NCBI GenBank assembly: GCA_965285935.1
Contig: OZ260661.1
Coordinates: 88,598,001 to 88,662,000, forward strand
From: Ophelia neglecta
Lineage: Eukaryota
Length of the DNA: 64,000 bases
Direction of reading: 5' to 3'
The position numbers and the translations under genes were made by a program. Below the pieces are notes generated by a model. It ran no database searches and was not told the DNA's origin. It saw only the letters and a list, made by a program, of their open reading frames with translations. Below are positions 60,101-64,000 of this stretch, piece after piece; the first letter of the stretch is position 1, and every line of letters starts with the position of its first letter.

Positions 60101-62099
60101 TTTGATCAATCGCTATACCAATATTCATTAAAAAAAATTGGTTGACGACAGATTTATGGATGGGTCCAACGGACTGTAACAGTCTTCCTCATGTAGCATA
60201 TGAAAGAATTTTTACAGAGGAAACGCCTTGCGGTGGTCTTTTAAAATCTTCAAGAGGTCCACAAGAGAATAATCGAATTCTGTAGATCTTATGTCAAGGG
60301 ATAATTGAAATCGATTTACATCTTTTCAGCGGTAAAAAAACGCTGAAGACTCGAGAAATATTGTTTTCTCGCTGCAGTTATATTCATACAGTGATATATC
60401 TTCTGTCACAAGAGACTGGTTGACCTTATCACGTGGGTCGCAGCTAAGGCATTTGATATATATCTATTTGCATGCAACATATACAACAATTACAGAGTAA
60501 TTCAATAAGCATACATGCAAAATACTGTTCAGTTGTCTCAATTTTAATTTCCTTCTTGCATGAGATGACCTGTGTCTGTTAAGTTCACGCTAATGATCTC
60601 CTACAGAACAGAATTGTTTAGGTTATGATGTAATATGATAAACCGGAGATAAGATACCATCTGTTAGGTTTCAAAGTCACGTGCTTTCGGGCACATCCTA
60701 TTGGACAAACTAAGAGGTTTAAGTGCAACTAAGGCTAAGCATATATATACAGGCCTATATGATAAATACTAAGCTTCATCTTCCTAATATTTGTCTTTCT
60801 TTTATTTATATGGCATGAAGTAAACCACATTAGATGCCATGCATTATTAAATATTTCACCTTCTGAATTTTCTTTATAGGCGGCAGCTTCATAACTGGTC
60901 ATATAAAAAAGCATCAATGTCTATGTTCCCATCCCCACTTGACATTTCTTAGAACCGAATTAATTTGGATCCCTGCAAAATAATTACATGGCAGACTTAT
61001 CCCCATGACCACCACATAAAAAGGCGCCATATTAATCAATTCCGTTCAGTGTCGGCAGGTTCCCGGATGTATTAGGCCGTCTGCTTTCCGCGGTAGGAGG
61101 CAAAGCATCTTTTAGCGGCATCGACAAATATATGAAAACGGACACCTGGCCAATACAATACGTGTCAAATAATCACTCCTCAATGTACCGATCGGATTAT
61201 GATTGAAAATAGATACGAAAAAACCAGATCAATTTATCAGTTTCAATTTATAAAGGACTGCGCAGCTGCCCATATTTCTTGCAGACAACTTTGGTCCAAG
61301 CCTATACAAATTGTTTCTATGTTGATCGTGCGACAGAAGAGACACAATAAAGCCTAGCATCATTCACTAATCAGCTGATATCACCTCGCCTTCACAATCT
61401 ATTTTCAGTAGAATCATTTACCCCCCCCCCCCCCTCTCTGTCGAACCCCACAATATTCATACGACAACACATATCTATCAATCGGGAGATTGCAGAGTTT
61501 AATATTCTCAAAGCTCTCTAGTTTCAGCATCCAGCAGGAGAAACAAATATTTACCGCGGTAATACAAAAGCAGATACTTGGGATCAAATATCCGGCTACC
61601 TGCAGATGAAATGTAATCTGAGGTAGTGGAGCTCGGCAAAATAACAATGATTGTTGCAGGAAAGCAGCAGAGTATCATCGGGCCACTCATTTAGCTTTAG
61701 CACTAGAGATGTCTCAAGTTTCTTCCAAGCACTGACTGTTTACAGGTATAGAACGTTGAAACAACATGCACCTGAATCTCTTTGGAAGCAGCAGAATATT
61801 ATAAGGAGACATGAGAGCCATATATCAGATTTTTGCCTTAGGAGAGTGCTCATAATGTTGTTTGGTGTTAAATATTCAATACCAAGCGTAAAAGAAAACT
61901 CACTAAATGAAACAAATGCGATCCAATTGAAAGTAAAAACCACGTGCCAGACCAAGCATAATAATGATTTTTTTAGTTTTGAAAACTATAGAAATTCAAA
62001 TTCGATTCAAAGTAAATGCAAAACATATTACAAAAAAAAAAATATTACAAAAGTAAATACATAAAATAAAAAAACACACAGAAGGACAGAGGCAAATGG

Positions 62100-62900
62100 C
62101 GAATTGTCCTTAGTCGGGAAAAAACAAACAAAATTTATTAACATACCAAGAAACATGTGGATTAAATAAAACAATATAAATGACAAACGTAATGATAACC
62201 CACGTTTACAAAGGAAAATAAATAAAAGCATATAAAATAACTATGTTAACAACTTCTTCGTTCCGTAATCCTTTGATGACAAAGTCACTTGAAATAACAG
62301 TTTTCTTTTTAGGGTTGCGGAACACCATATGGTTTCTCTTCATATTAAGAGCATAATAACTTATTAATTTGCCACAATTAATACTCTAAAGAATTTCAGC
62401 CTTTATGGAGTAATAAATGGCATCTATATTCCTTCAGAGAACAAAAATATATTAGAGTTTTCAGCGAACAATAAGGAAAATAAATTATTTGAAACATCAG
62501 CAATATCACTGGTCAAAGTTGGAAATAATAGAGGTCAAAGGATGGAGCCGTGGGGGACGCCATATGTCATGTCCAACACAAATTAATGTGTGCCAGTTAA
62601 TTCCACCAATTGCCTTCTTGACTGGAGGTAGCTCTTAATCTAGTCCAATGCCAACCCACGAATGCCATATTTTTCCAACTTAAGAAACAAAATTCAATGA
62701 TTGACTGTGTCAAAGGCTTGGCAGAAATCCTAAACAGACCTCAGACACAGTCTCTCCGGTGCAAACTGGAAAAGATTTTATCTAATTATATAACTAGAGC
62801 TAGAATGGTTCTCCCTTAAAGCGAGTTGGAAATCGGTCATTATATATTTGGTTTATCTACATTAAATTTGTTTTAATCTTAGCAAAAACATTACAATTTT
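62100..62900 (-). mobile_element. Decayed non-LTR retrotransposon (CR1/L2-type) reverse transcriptase fragment
   Basis: The - strand translates as DFCQAFDTVNH*ILFLKLEKYGIRGLALD*IKSYLQSRRQLV...YGVPHGSIL*PLLF, then LFAENSNIF (from LFADDTNIF), LNMKRNHMVF and FLGMLI. These are the classic RT motifs, broken by stops and frameshifts. Confidence 0.9.
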
Positions 62901-64000
62901 TTACCATTAATCATTACATTGCAACAGATATTGATCACTTGTTATTTACCTCTTAAAAGGTTTGCGCACATAATTTCTCTCGTTCACAAAAAAGTTGAAA
63001 ATTGAATACGCATTCATACTTCTCAGTATTTCACCTTAATGTCAATATTATGTGCATTTATGTGAAATTAAGCGTTATTGAAAAACATACTTGCACAAAT
63101 GAAACTAACTTATCAAATACACGCGGATGGTTAGTTCAGCCGTCAACACATTCAAGAAAGAACTCCGACCCCCTTCGGTAATAAACAATGATCGGTCGCC
63201 ATTATACATGTGAAGCTTTGTGATCCATTAAGAAATTTAAGGTAATGTATTTCTCTTACTATTTCTATAAAATCCCAGTAGAACAGTACTTGCAGATTAT
63301 ATCATGGAGTTTACATGACAAGTAAACATTATTAGTTTAGTTATAAGAGAAGTCTGCAGGTGACGCATTCAAAACAACATCTTTATTTCTTTATAGCAGG
63401 CCTACTTAACCTTAGGCGAATAATAATGGTCATGCAGGTGAGAAAAAAAGAGGTGGTTTTCGAATTAAAATATTCTATAACAATACGTGCATTAAGGCAG
63501 GGAAACGAGGAAAACAAAGCTTATAACATACCTACAGAACTTGACTGTACATGCACATACCACAAAGATTTTTTGGCTATTATATTTCTGATTTTAAAGT
63601 TATCTGCTGGTGTTTTCAAATCAGTTGGGCTTGAAACTATATTCCTTCGGGTCATAGGCTTAACTATGTTAATTAAGACATTTGTTTTGGTAACCTGAAT
63701 TAAGCATATCTATAGAGTATAGTAAATAAAACAACGTGTAAGCCCCTATACATATCATAGATCATTTAAGCTGTATCAATATTCATTATATATACCAAAT
63801 ATATAACCATGCAGAATACTGACCAATCAAAATTATACTATGTATACAACAAAATAGAAAACAATATAAAAATATACAGGATCACCGACTTTATCAATGT
63901 ATCGAATACTCCCTATGGATATAACCATCTTTCGACGAGCCAAACTAATGTCTTATTTCCAGTCCAAAAATAAACAATATGAGAGGGTGGATTCAAAGAC

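Noticed and set aside
61619-61640. let-7-like start TGAGGTAGT
   Set aside because: Diverges after 9 nt and forms no hairpin.
27700-62000. Numerous 60-137 aa ORFs in the right half of the window
   Set aside because: Many start at TTG/GTG, show no domain motifs and have no consistent exon chain; expected by chance.
28840-62280. About ten TCF/LEF CTTTGAT sites
   Set aside because: Close to the number expected from base composition.
1-64000. CRISPR arrays, operons, prokaryotic defence systems
   Set aside because: The sequence is eukaryotic (spliceosomal introns, ETS and C2H2 genes, LINE); no regularly spaced repeat-spacer array was seen.

Overview
AT-rich, intron-containing animal (probably marine invertebrate) genomic DNA, not a prokaryotic window. 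From left to right it holds the probable 3'UTR tail of a gene outside the window, a tRNA-Thr(CGT) gene (-), and a two-exon, PNT-less ETS transcription factor of the ERG/FLI/FEV type (+, about 346 aa). Next are a convergent 349-aa orphan gene (-) and a large C2H2 zinc-finger gene (-, 1155 aa, 11 fingers, single coding exon). The zinc-finger gene has a ~4.1 kb 3'UTR rich in conserved-microRNA sites, including an extended miR-133 site, a uORF-loaded leader and non-coding 5' exons up to at least ~43 kb. The right ~37 kb has no credible protein-coding gene and looks like the regulatory and intronic landscape of that gene. It carries nuclear-receptor DR4/DR0 elements, NF-kB and bZIP sites, several MITEs and a decayed CR1/L2-type LINE. 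TA-flanked palindromes (TAGGCCTA, TACATGTA) are strongly over-represented across the window and may be transposon excision footprints. All calls were made by eye; no database search was run.
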